Source: Sminthopsis crassicaudata (Eukaryota). From it: DNA of 64,000 bases. Under the pieces are notes generated by a model. That model searched no databases. It was not told the origin of the DNA and saw only the letters and a program-made list of their open reading frames with translations. Below are positions 24,490 through 35,859 of this stretch, one piece after another. Every line of letters starts with the position of its first letter. Position 1 is the stretch's first letter. Both the position numbers and the translations under genes were made by a program. The stretch is taken from the NCBI RefSeq assembly GCF_048593235.1, contig NC_133617.1:528034958-528098957 (forward strand). Direction: 5' to 3'.

Positions 24490-24750
24490 TGTGGGGGTAG
24501 AGAATAGAGGCATTGAACAGGGAATCAGGAAATTCTATTCTCAGTTTCTCAAAAATTCTCATTATTCTCAAATTCTTTCTCTGACTTGTCAGATTTGTCA
24601 GTAAGGGATTTATCAAATCCCTTACTTTCTTCATGCCTTAGTTTCCCTCTCTTTAAAATCAGAATCAATTAGTAATACCTACCAAAATTGTAAGGCTCAG
24701 ATGAAATAATATGTAAAAATGCTCTGCAAACTTTAAAGTTATTTTTGAGA
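24490..24750 (+). mobile_element. MIR SINE
   Basis: gccttagtttccctctctttaaaat...gtaaggctcagatgaaataatatgtaaaaatgctctgcaaactttaaag. Confidence 0.65.
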
Positions 24751-25659
24751 AGGATTTTTATTTTTTGTTACTTGAACTGGGTAAGTAGTCAAAGATCACA
24801 CTGATATGAGAGTTTTAGAATTAATTCTAATGCTATTTTTAGCTTTTATATTTTAGTTTTTGATGTGGAAAACCTAACAGATAAGCATTTTCTATTCTAG
24901 CATTTTAGAAATATTGCCTCTATGACTTTCCTCTCTCTGCTTTCATCCTATTTTATACTCCTCAAACCTCCCCCACTGTTCTTATATATTCTCTACCTGC
25001 TTTCTGGCAAAGGCGTCAGATCCCATAGATATCCTTGTGATGAAATATACAGTGAAGAAGTAAATGGAACAGTGCAATCAACTTTGGTCAGGAACCTCTA
25101 TCAAACTAATGGTTTCAAAGATGAAGGAGGGGACTGGAGTCAGGGCAATCTCATCAGAGCCAAATGACCACCATCAAGAGGCAGGCAGCGAGCTGCCATG
25201 GGTACTAATAACAGTGGAGCCTTATACTGTAATACCATCTTTCTCAGACCCAGTTACATGAGGAATGGTAGGGTGTTAAGTGGGAATGATGATCTTTAAA
25301 CGCCAGTTTAAACAACCTAAGGTGACATAATTGCATCTTTTCCTGACCTTTTAGACAGTGCCCCTGGGAGGATTAAAGTGAGGATTCAGTTTGTGAGATG
25401 TGTCACTTCCCAGAGGGAATACTGAAGAAATCATTTCAATAATTTTGAAATAATAGGTTGTATATTTATCAATATACAAAGAATTATATATATATATGTA
25501 TACCTATATATATATATAGGTATATGTAAAAATTATTAGTCAATTGCACAGATAATGAGTATGAAGGCTAGATTTGAACTCAAGTTCTTTTGACTTAAGG
25601 GTTGATACTCTATCCATTGCATTATCTAGCTGCACATTTTCTTTGCAATTTAATAATAA

Positions 25660-25900
25660 ATTTTTTTTTAGTGATCTAAGATTTACAAAGAACTTTATAA
25701 ATGTTATCCCATTTTATCCTCACAATGATTCTGGGAGGTACATACTATTATTATCTCTATTTTATAGCTGAGGAATCTGAGGCAAGCAGAAATTAAATGG
25801 CTTGCCCAAATTCCCACAGTCAGTGAGTGTTTGAGACCAGATTTGAACTCAGGTTTTTCTGATCCCAAGCCTTGCCCTCTTTCTATCCTGCTGCCTCTAA
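25660..25900 (-). mobile_element. MIR SINE
   Basis: cattttatcctcacaatgattctgggagg...attttatagctgaggaatctgaggcaagc. Confidence 0.8.
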
Positions 25901-26029
25901 ATCTCAGAGAATTCTTAGAGTGTAGAGAAGTTAATTGACTTGTTCACCATCACATTAACTAGTATATATAATAAGCAGGGCTTGAACTAGGTCTTCCTGG
26001 TTTTTAGATCAACTATTTACCCATTATAT

Positions 26030-27130
26030 CATCCAATGTGTACATACATATCAGTTATATGTGTATATAAATAAATATATGTTTACAAATATACATGCAC
26101 ACACACACACACACATATATATATATAGAGAGTATTCTAAAATATGGGTTCAGATTTAAATTAATAAGCTTAAAACTTCATTAAGACTTTTGGGATATCT
26201 ATATATGAATACACATGCTCATATGTATATATACATGCACACAAAACTAATATATTCACATATGTACTTGTGCATGTGTGTATATCTAAATGGACACACA
26301 TGTGTGTCTTTCCCTGTTCCTGTCTGTCTCTGATGTCTCCAAAGTCTTAGTACAGTTCTAACCTTTAATAGATTAAATATGCACTAAAACTTTTGGCACA
26401 TTCTGTTGATATGTGTATATATGTATATACATCTCTTTCTTTCTCTGTATATATATATATTATATGCTTATACATATTTATTCATGTGTATATATATATA
26501 TATATATATATACATATATATATTCCCTTCCTGCAGAGAGCTGCCTCAAGTCTGGTCTAGAGCAGACTCTCTTTTCCTCCAGAGCTGCCCTCTTTTATCC
26601 TTCCAGAGAATGGGCATGGGATAATGCAAGGGCTTCTGGGAAAAAATTACTTCAACCAATGAACTTGTTCCTCCCAAGCACACAAGCTCTTCCCCAGGAA
26701 TTCACAAGTGAAACTCCCAGGAAAGGCCGGAACTAGAAAATTGTCAAGTACCGACCGCACTTAGTAAAAACCTAGTATCTCATTATCTCATTAGCACTTA
26801 GTAAGAACCTAACATATATTCAAATGCATTTGTGTATATCTATATCTATATCTCTATATAAAATCTCTCTACCTTTGTATCTATCTATGAATGTCTCTAT
26901 ATATTTATGTATGTATGTATATACATGTATGTACTTTTGTTTTATTTATCCATGTAATCACCTATGTATATATCTAAACCTCCCTCTGTGTATATATATA
27001 TATATATATATATGTTTATCTATATCTGCACACTTACATATATGTATGTGTGTATATATAATATTCCAATATGTATATCTAATTTTATGTATATATGATC
27101 TATCTAGTATTCATGTATGTATGTATATTG
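26030..27130. repeat. (TA)n/(TG)n/(CA)n microsatellite and low-complexity tracts flanking a GC-richer island at 26535-26760
   Basis: Visible dinucleotide runs at about 26090-26130, 26440-26520 and 26820-27130. Confidence 0.9.
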
Positions 27131-27947
27131 TCCCCCCAATACTATGCTTGGTACATAGTAAGTACTTAATGAATGCTTATGATAAATTGATAATTGAAAG
27201 ATATAGACATGCCTCTTTGCCTTCTTATAAAAGGATGCATTTTAGCAATTAATTTAACTGTTGTTGAAAGGGCTGTCTCTTTGTGTTTACCTATTAAGTG
27301 GAGTCTTTAGTGGCAAATTTGATTTCCCCCCCCTTGTTCAGTGGATAGAGTAGAGTATAGGAGAGCTAAGAGCAGTCTTAGATCCAGATCAGGGGTATAA
27401 GGGAGCTGTGTATTTTCAGGTCCTGCTGGTCTAAAAGGAGAATTTCTAGGTCTTATGTCTCTTATTCTAGTCTTAGAATATTGTTGGTATAACTTTTCAG
27501 CCTAAAGAGTCATGGTATTAAAGATCTAGACTTCTGGGACCATTTATGACCACCATCTCATTTTATAGATGAGGAAATTGAGACTCTTGAAGGAATTTGA
27601 CTCAAAGTCACACAAATCATAAATATAAAAGGCAGAGTTTGAATTTGGCCTTTTGATCCTATAATGACTGCTCTTTTCACTTTACCAAAATGGAAGCTAT
27701 GAAAAAGAGAACCATTGAAAAGAATGGTTAAAGTTTCTGAATCCAATTTTTTAGCATTAAAAATTGTTGTATTTATAAAATATTTGTTAAAAAGTATACC
27801 TTACTGAACCTCTATGTGTGAGTTGTATCACATGTGGGTGCTTATTTTGCCTACACTTAGACATTTCCAGGTTTGATGTGGACCACCTCATGGAAAACCA
27901 GAGAGTGATACCTGGCATAACAACTTTCAGTTATGTCTCATACTTAC

Positions 27948-28059
27948 TCAATGACAGTAAATGTCTGGCAGCTTGAGATAAGAACCAGCCAAGATGAGGC
28001 TGCAAAGCATCCGACCACAGGATTATTGTTGAGATAAGACTGTCTGGGATGCCTAATAC
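27948..28059 (-). other. Candidate exon (112 nt) of an unidentified minus-strand transcript
   Basis: Strong acceptor tttttgctgtgttttctaaag|G and donor TGA|GTAAGT. Two open frames: VLGIPDSLISTIILW... and IRHPRQSYLNNNPVVGCF... Confidence 0.4.
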
Positions 28060-28489
28060 CTTTAGAAAACACAGCAAAAATGGTCAATGCCACTTAAGAG
28101 GGCCCATTGCATATTGGACTATTGATAGATCCCAGGAAGCAAGAAGAAAATGGATCTTAAATACTGCTCATATCACCACTTTGCTATTGATATTTAAGAA
28201 AAAATGGTTTTCTTTGCACATTTCCATCCAGCATAAATACTGTCTCAATGGCCAAAAGAAGATCTAAGGATGGCTTTAGAAACTGATGTTTGAACTCTTG
28301 CCCAGATGTTCTCATTAAGAGCTTATTTATTCATATCAAAATTGTAAATAAACTTGTTTCTAGCCTCCTCTCAATCCAAAATTTCAACTCTTCCATTAAT
28401 TTGAAATATCCTGAATGGTCAGCCATGAAAAGTTTTCTATACGCTAGCTTGTTACACTTGTATGGTAATGTCTTATTTAATTATTTCAT

Positions 28490-28890
28490 ATTATAGCACT
28501 TTTGAGATTTATCAAGTGACTTTCTCCCCCTGACATTATGAAGTAAGGTAGCATAGGTATAATTAGTCCCATTTTACAGATAAGGAAAATGAGGTTTTGA
28601 GAGATGATGTGATACTATGGCAACATAGGTGATTTTATCCAGTCATTTTCAATTGTGTGTGGCTCATTGTGACCCATTTTGGGGTTTTCTTGGCAAAAAT
28701 AATTTAATGGTTTTGCTATTTTCTTCTCCAGATCATTTTACAGACAAGGAAACTGAGTCAAACAGGGTTAAATGACTTGCCCAGAGTCACCCAGCTAGTA
28801 AGTGTTTGAGGCTGGATTTGAACTCAGGAAGATAAATCTTCCTGACCCCAGACGGGGCACTCTATATGTTGCACCATATAGCTGTCCCAC
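28490..28890 (-). mobile_element. MIR (28490-28620) and MAR1 (28630-28890)
   Basis: ccattttacagataaggaaaatgagg; ggggttttcttggcaaa...gaaactgagtcaaacagggttaaatgacttgccc. Confidence 0.85.
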
Positions 28891-29605
28891 AAAGGAGATA
28901 ATCATAATAATAATCATATAGTTCTTGCTATATTTGAACAATATTGCTTTTTAAGGATATGTGACACATATCTGTGTTGTCCTCTTTGCTACAACGTTTG
29001 TACTGAAGTTGGTTTTTTCAGGATCCTAGTACTGTTATTCAAATACAAAAAAAATGATTTATTCTACCTATACATTTATATAGTAGTCCAAAGAACATTA
29101 GATAAAAAAGAATAGGATTTGTCTCAGGAACATTTCCATCTGAACCTTATTGAAATTAATGGGAGGGTTCAGATAATGATGTGGAGGTTAATATCCTCCA
29201 ATATCATCAATCTTGAAGCAGGTATTGCAAGTTTTAGACTAGAGAGAACAGATTTTGAAAGGTTAAGTGATTTTTCTACTTTAGTAAGTAAGTGTTAAGG
29301 CTAAGATCCAAACTACAGGTGTCAACTCCAGTACAACCTTCTTTCCCTTACAAAATGATGCCCACATGAGCATATTAAGTATTAACATATTCTTGTTGGC
29401 TGACTGACTATAGATAGAGCATCAAAAAAGAAACAGTATCAAAGGAAAGGAAACAAATACTTTACTACTTAAATTCATTTTAAAAATGGTTTTAAATAAC
29501 ATAGTAAGTAAACATTGGTGCTGAAAAGGAAGAAGATTTTTAGTAACCTCTCTATTGTTAACTGAGTAAAAGCTGAGTTAATGGACCAGAAAAAAAATCA
29601 ATAAC

Positions 29606-29725
29606 CTGGGAATATTTGGCTAGTATTCTTAATATCAACTTGCACAGGTGAGAGACCTTTGTCTTTAGGTTGTCTGTGGATGCGCCAATGTGTAGGTGTT
29701 GTGGCCAATGTAGAATGCGGATGAT
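29606..29725 (-). other. Candidate exon (120 nt) of an unidentified minus-strand transcript
   Basis: Acceptor ttttatttctttggaag|A, moderate donor CAG|GTTATT, two CpGs, two open frames (ORF track 29558..29764). Confidence 0.35.
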
Positions 29726-30534
29726 CTTCCAAAGAAATAAAATTGAGGAATTAGTACCAGACAATAGTTATTCACAGAAAGACAATACATACTCATCTTT
29801 TTCAGTAGATGGTAATTCATGAAGTTTTTTTTTTCCCTTTTCCAGATAAATTGTGGTGGGAAACTTTAGTGAAAAGGTCTCAGAAAGTTCTAGGTTTCAA
29901 TGACAGGACTTTAGATGGATATTTTCTAATGCAGAGCAGTAAGCAGGTATGACAACTGGGACTTTAGCCCCTAACACTGAGATTGGGAGGTTCTGACAGC
30001 ATTTGTATTCCCTTTAGCATTGTAGAAACAACTGAGCTTAGCAAGAATTAAGGGATAAGGTATAAAGATTGGGTGTGTGCTTTCAATGGGATAGGGTGAC
30101 TCCTGAATGAGGAAATTCCCTCTACCAGTGCAAGCCTGTACCTGTTCTACAACCTTTAGATTCAGAGAGTTACCTAGGGCATTGAGGGATAAAGTATTGA
30201 CATCACACTCATGATGTCATTAGTCTTCTTCTAGGAGGAAGGAAGAACAACAAATCTGCCCAGGGTCACATGAGCAATTTATATCAGGGTTGGGAGTTTC
30301 AGGGCCAGTTGTGTATCCATAACACTATTCTGCTTCTCATAGCTCCTGTCCAGGGGACCACACTCCTTTCTATAATGATACTGGGGAACCATGTCTATAA
30401 AAACAAAGTGCCACTGTTTCCTTGTTGCATATATTAAGTGCATCTTTTTCTTTTTTCTTAAATTGTTCCGTGATCTCTATAAGTGTTCATCACTACATTA
30501 TAATGGAAATGACAGGGTATATGGTTAGGCCTAT

Positions 30535-30663
30535 NNNNNNNNNNNNNNNNNNNNNNNNNNNNNNNNNNNNNNNNNNNNNNNNNNNNNNNNNNNNNNNNNN
30601 NNNNNNNNNNNNNNNNNNNNNNNNNNNNNNNNNNNNNNNNNNNNNNNNNNNNNNNNNNNNNNN
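30535..30663. other. Assembly gap (N run)
   Basis: 129 N. Confidence 1.
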
Positions 30664-33600
30664 ATATATGTATTCATAATATACCCATATGTTTTTCCTT
30701 GATAAGTTCACCTGGACCACTTTCAATTATATCATTGTATCAATAATCTGGCTTTCCTGAGATTGGTGAAAGAGATGCTTTCCAAAGTCTAGTCTCTGAC
30801 ATTTAGGAAAATCACCAGAGTGCAGTGAAAGTCTAGGGTGCAGGGCTGGATGGAATTGCTATGCAGATCTTGCTGGTCATAGCAAAAATTGCTAGTTAAA
30901 AACAGAAAGCTACCCAATATCAATTGGCTTCAGCATGACAAATGAGCTTTCCCTGAAATAGAATTAGTTTGATATATTTTTTGCCCCAATACTTCTGTTT
31001 CTGCTCCCTTCTCCCATCCCAACAAATTTTTCTTAAAATGTCAATTTGAAGATTAAAAAAAAAAGTTAGTTATACTTCTCTTTTGCAGTTCCTTTGGCAT
31101 ACATCAAGAAAAATGTGTTTTGAGGAAATGGTCATAGAATTTGGTTAACTTCTTTCTATTTGTAAATAATTAGTAAGAGCTTAATGTATACAGAACACTA
31201 TATATAGATAGATATAAAATGTAGCTGGTAGTAGATATTTCCTCTTCTCCTTTCTCTCTCTTTTTCATTTCAATGGCTAGAAAATAAATGGTGTTCTTGT
31301 CAGATAAATTTTGGCAGCTTAATTCATAGATTGTTGAACTTGGGGTTAAGATAGATTGGAAATAATGTTTTTACATAGATACATTTACACAATATTCTTA
31401 CACACATGTATGTGTGTATATATCTAAACATATCTATATCTACATATTTATATGTATATACATGCCTAATGATAGCCATCTCTAGTATAGAAACAGGGGA
31501 GAGGGGAGGGGAAAAAAGGAAAAAAAAAGAAAGCTACATAATTATCATATATTTAAAAGGAATATCAAATTGTACATAATAGAGTTCTATGTATAATCGT
31601 CTTTTTCCCCTCTTCTACTATGCTATGGAAATGCTTGTTCCATTTCTCAAGTTTAGAGTCAAACATAAAATTTTTTAAAAAGATAGACCTGATTTTGAAT
31701 CTTTTCCCAGTCACTTACTATCTGAATTTAGCAAAGTACTTGACTTTTCAGTTTCAGTTTTTTCATTTATAAATTGATAATGATTATTATGGAGATGAAA
31801 TGAAATAATACATGCAAAGCTCACAACAACAAACAAACAACAACAACAACAGCAACTACTACTACTACTACTATTACTATTACTACAATTACTACTTTCT
31901 ATGGGTATGGCTAGGGTAATGGCTAGCTAACTGGTAGATTTACTAAGAAAGCAAAAGCAATAAAAAAGAGGTCCATTGATGGAAGAGAGAGTGACCTTGG
32001 GAAAAAGGAAGAGAGTCTGAAAATTTTGCTTTAATTTTATACTGCAAAGAGTTCAGGGAAATTATTCTAGTGAATATTAGAGCCTCAACATTGTTGTTTT
32101 GAGAGTTTTGTTTTTTGTGCATTTTAAAAAAAATTGTTCAATGGAGGAATGTGTAACGGTGAGAACAAGAGATGATAGCTTCTTGTAAAAATAAATGAAT
32201 GAATGCATGTTTGTCCAATCCAACTTGGATTTATGAACTATTTATAATTTAGATCTTTTCCCCTTTCAAGCAGAGCAAGGCTCTGAAGGGGAGGGCAGGG
32301 AAAGGGAGCTACAGTCATCTTAGTTTCCATTTCTGACAAGAAAGGGAAATTTTATTTTGCTAGTTAGCTCCTTTCCTATACATACTCATATCTTGTTTAA
32401 CAGTCATTAAATAGCTTGTTTCATCACACAGTAAGATGACTGAGAGATAGTTCTGAAGAAGAGGACAGAGTCCTTAATTCTACTTTTCTGGAAGCAATCT
32501 CCAGAAGCATCTGCCTAGGTTGTCATCAATTGGGGGACTTTGAACATACTCCTAGGACTAGCCTTCTTCTGCCATTATCTCCTCACTCCCTTTATTTTAT
32601 TATTTTCTAGGCAACTATGAATCAATCAATTTCCTAAAGCTTCTGTTTACCTTTATAGCATAAGATCAATGATAAGTGTGCAATCTACCTCACACAGTTG
32701 TTGGGAAAGTACTTTGTAAAACTTAAATCCTTTAAATGTGGGCCTTCAGGTTAGAATTATCATTAGCATCCGTTTCCCACTCCTGGGCTCCTAAAATCTC
32801 CCTATTTTCTGACTTCCTCCTCCAATCAAACTAAAAAGCACCTGATATCCTTCTTTATAGTTTGACTAACTCATTTACCAAATTTGAAACGTTTTCCTTG
32901 GGGTATTGCATTTTGATCCTTTTATCTTTAATTGTGGAATGAAAGGCTTATCTCTCAATTAAAGGAATTTTGAATCTCTACCACCTACTGGCTGAAATTT
33001 CTTTAATGTGTTGCCATTTTACCAAAAGAGACTAAAAATATGCCCATAAAGGTAATATCTTGATTTAATTTGCACTAAAGTGTAATAGGAGAGTGGAAGG
33101 AGAGGTGGGGTTTGGGAAAGGGCAGGGAAGAGAAGAGAGAGTACATACAATGTTGGCTCTTAAAAATAGGGTGAGAAAAAAGATACCATCCTATGCCCTT
33201 CTCCCCCACCCCTGCAAGATTTTGGGGAGCATTAAAGGCAAACTTTATGTCAAGTCTTGTTTTTGCCCTCACCAACTCAGATCAGCCCAATGATATTGCA
33301 AACTCAAATACTTATATTTTCCCAAACAACATCATATGCAAGAGATATTATGGTGGATCACATGGAATACTGGGTCTGAAGTCACGGTTTAACTATTATC
33401 AATCAGCCAGTCAATAAATATTTATGAAGTATCTACTAGAGGTAATATGCAAGACTCTGAGAATATAATGTAAACTTTCTACTTTCTACTTTCAAGGAAA
33501 CCTTTACTAACTGGGTTACATTGGGCAATCATGTTACCCCTCCAAGCTCAGTTTTCTTGTCTGTAAAATGGCAATAATATTTACACTTGCCTCATAGGGC

Positions 33601-33789
33601 TATTTAAGAGCTTAACACTGGATAATATCCATGATTTGCTTTTCAACTTTTATATGACTATAGAAATACCAATGATTGTTATTTTAAGCTGGCAATTGAT
33701 TTATCAACAATTATGATTCTATATCAAGGGAATTAATGAAAAAAAAATACAAGGAAGAGTAGCTTAGACCAGACATATATTATAAAGTA

Positions 33790-35540
33790 GCAGTCTTCAC
33801 CATTGGGTACTGGCTAAGAAATAGAATGGTGAATCAATGGAATAGATTTGATATACATGACATAATAATCAATGACTATAGTAGTCTAATATTTGGTAAC
33901 CAAAATTCCAGTAACTAGGATAACAACTCACTATTTCACAAAAATTGCTGGGAAAACCAGGAAACAATATGTTAGAAATTCAGCATAGATCTAAATGTCA
34001 CACCCTATACCCAAATAAGGTCAAAATGGGTGCATGATTTGGGAGTAAAAGGTGATACCATTAGCAAATTAGGAGAGCAAGGGATAGTTTGTCTATCAGA
34101 TTTTTGGAGAAGGGAGGAACCAAACAAGAACTAGAGAACATTATGAAATGCAAAATAGACAACTTTGATTACATTAAATTAAAAACTTTTTGCACAAACA
34201 AAAACAACACAAATGAGTTTTAAAAGGAAGCACAAAGCTAGGGAAAAATTTTACAACCACTGTTTCTGATAAAAGCCTTATTTCTAGAATTGTGTCAAAT
34301 TTATAAGAAGACAAGTCATTTCCCAATTGATAAATAGTCAAAGGATATGGATAGACAATTTTCAGATAATGAAATTAAAGCCATCTATAGTCACATGAAA
34401 AAATGTTCTAAATCACTATTGATTGGAGAAATGCAAGTTAAAACAGCTCTGAAGTACCACCTCACACCTCTCAGATTGGCTAAGATTACAGGAAAAATAA
34501 TGAAAAATGTTGGAGGGGGGTCTGGGAAAACTGGGACACTAATGTATTGTTGGTGGAGTTGTGAAATGATCCAATTGTTCTAGAGAGCAATTTGGAACTC
34601 TGTCCAAAGAGCCATAAAATTGTGCATATCCTTTGATCCAGCTGGATCTATATCCCAAGGAAATCATAAAGGAGAGAAAAGAACTCACATTGGTAAAAAT
34701 ATTTGTAGCAAGCTCTTTTTTTTTTGTGGTGTCAATGAATTTGGAAAATGAGTAGAAGCCCATCAATTGGGAAATGGCAGAAAAAAGTTATGGTATATGA
34801 AAGAAATGGTAATATGAAAGTAATGGAGTTCTATCAAGATGATGAACAAGCTGATTTTAGAAGGGCCTGGAAAAATTTACATGAACTGATGCTGAATGAA
34901 ACAAGCAGAACCAGGAATACATGTAACAACAAGATTTTACAATGATGAACTACGAAAGACTCAGTTCTTTTTAGCAGTTTGGTGATCCAAAACAATCCCA
35001 ATAAACTTTGGGTAGAAAATGCCATCTGCATCCAGAGAGAAAACTATGAAGAACAAATATAAGTCAACACATGCTATGTTAACTTTTTTTTCTTTTTTCT
35101 TCTGTTTTTTTTTTTCCTTTTGTGGTTTTTCCCTTTTGTTCTGATTTTTCTTTCCCAACATAATTCATAAAGAAATGTGTATTTACTCTCTGTTTTTGTC
35201 CACTTGCATTTTTAATTTCCTTCACAGGTTAATTTTACATTATTTCAAAGTCTGATTCTTCTTGTGCATCAAAATAACTGTATGAATATATATACATATA
35301 TTGTATTTAACATATACTGTAACATATTTAACATGTATTGGTCTACCTGCCATCTGGGAGGGGGGGAAGGAGGGGAAAAATTGGAACAAAAGGTTTTGTA
35401 AGGGTCAATGCTGAAAAATTACCCATGCATATATCTTGTAAATAAAAAGCTAAAATAAAAAAAGAAATGTGTATTTAAAATTTTTAATGTACATGAATAA
35501 CCAGAAAAATAAAACAATAGAAAACAAAACAAAAAAAATT
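33790..35540 (+). mobile_element. 5'-truncated L1 (ORF2 C-terminal part and 3' UTR)
   Basis: gggtactggctaagaaataga ~WYWLRNR; ORF 34347..34583 MDRQFSDNEIKAIYSHMKKCSKSLLIGEMQVKTALKYHLTPLRLAK..GKTGTLMYCWW is the L1 ORF2 C-terminus. Confidence 0.95.
35186..35460 (+). mobile_element. Younger L1 3' end nested in the tail of the previous L1
   Basis: Perfect 17-bp TSD AAAGAAATGTGTATTTA at 35169-35185 and 35461-35477, with G-tract and polyA signal. Confidence 0.9.
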
Positions 35541-35859
35541 ATGATTTAAAGACAGTGATAATCATAGCTATAAATTAAAATTGGTTTACCTTAATGAATC
35601 AATCGGTAATTAGGAATAAGTGAAAATCTGACTATGGTATTAAATCAAAGAAGAATGTAGATAAATTTTGGGCATGGTTAAGAATCTGTGAATTCACTTA
35701 TTAACTTATAAACTTGTTCACGGTTTGTTTTAAAATTCTTTAGAAGTCACCAAAGTATCAAATTGCCAAGGTATACATATGTTAGGAAGGTGCCCCAGAA
35801 AGACTTCTGAAAAAGCAACACTATAAGACAGAGGTTAAAAGAGGAAAGTTTTCAGAAGC

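Noticed and set aside
26406-27252. ORFs of up to 142 aa rich in Y/I/M/C
   Set aside because: They are produced by (TA)n/(TG)n repeats.
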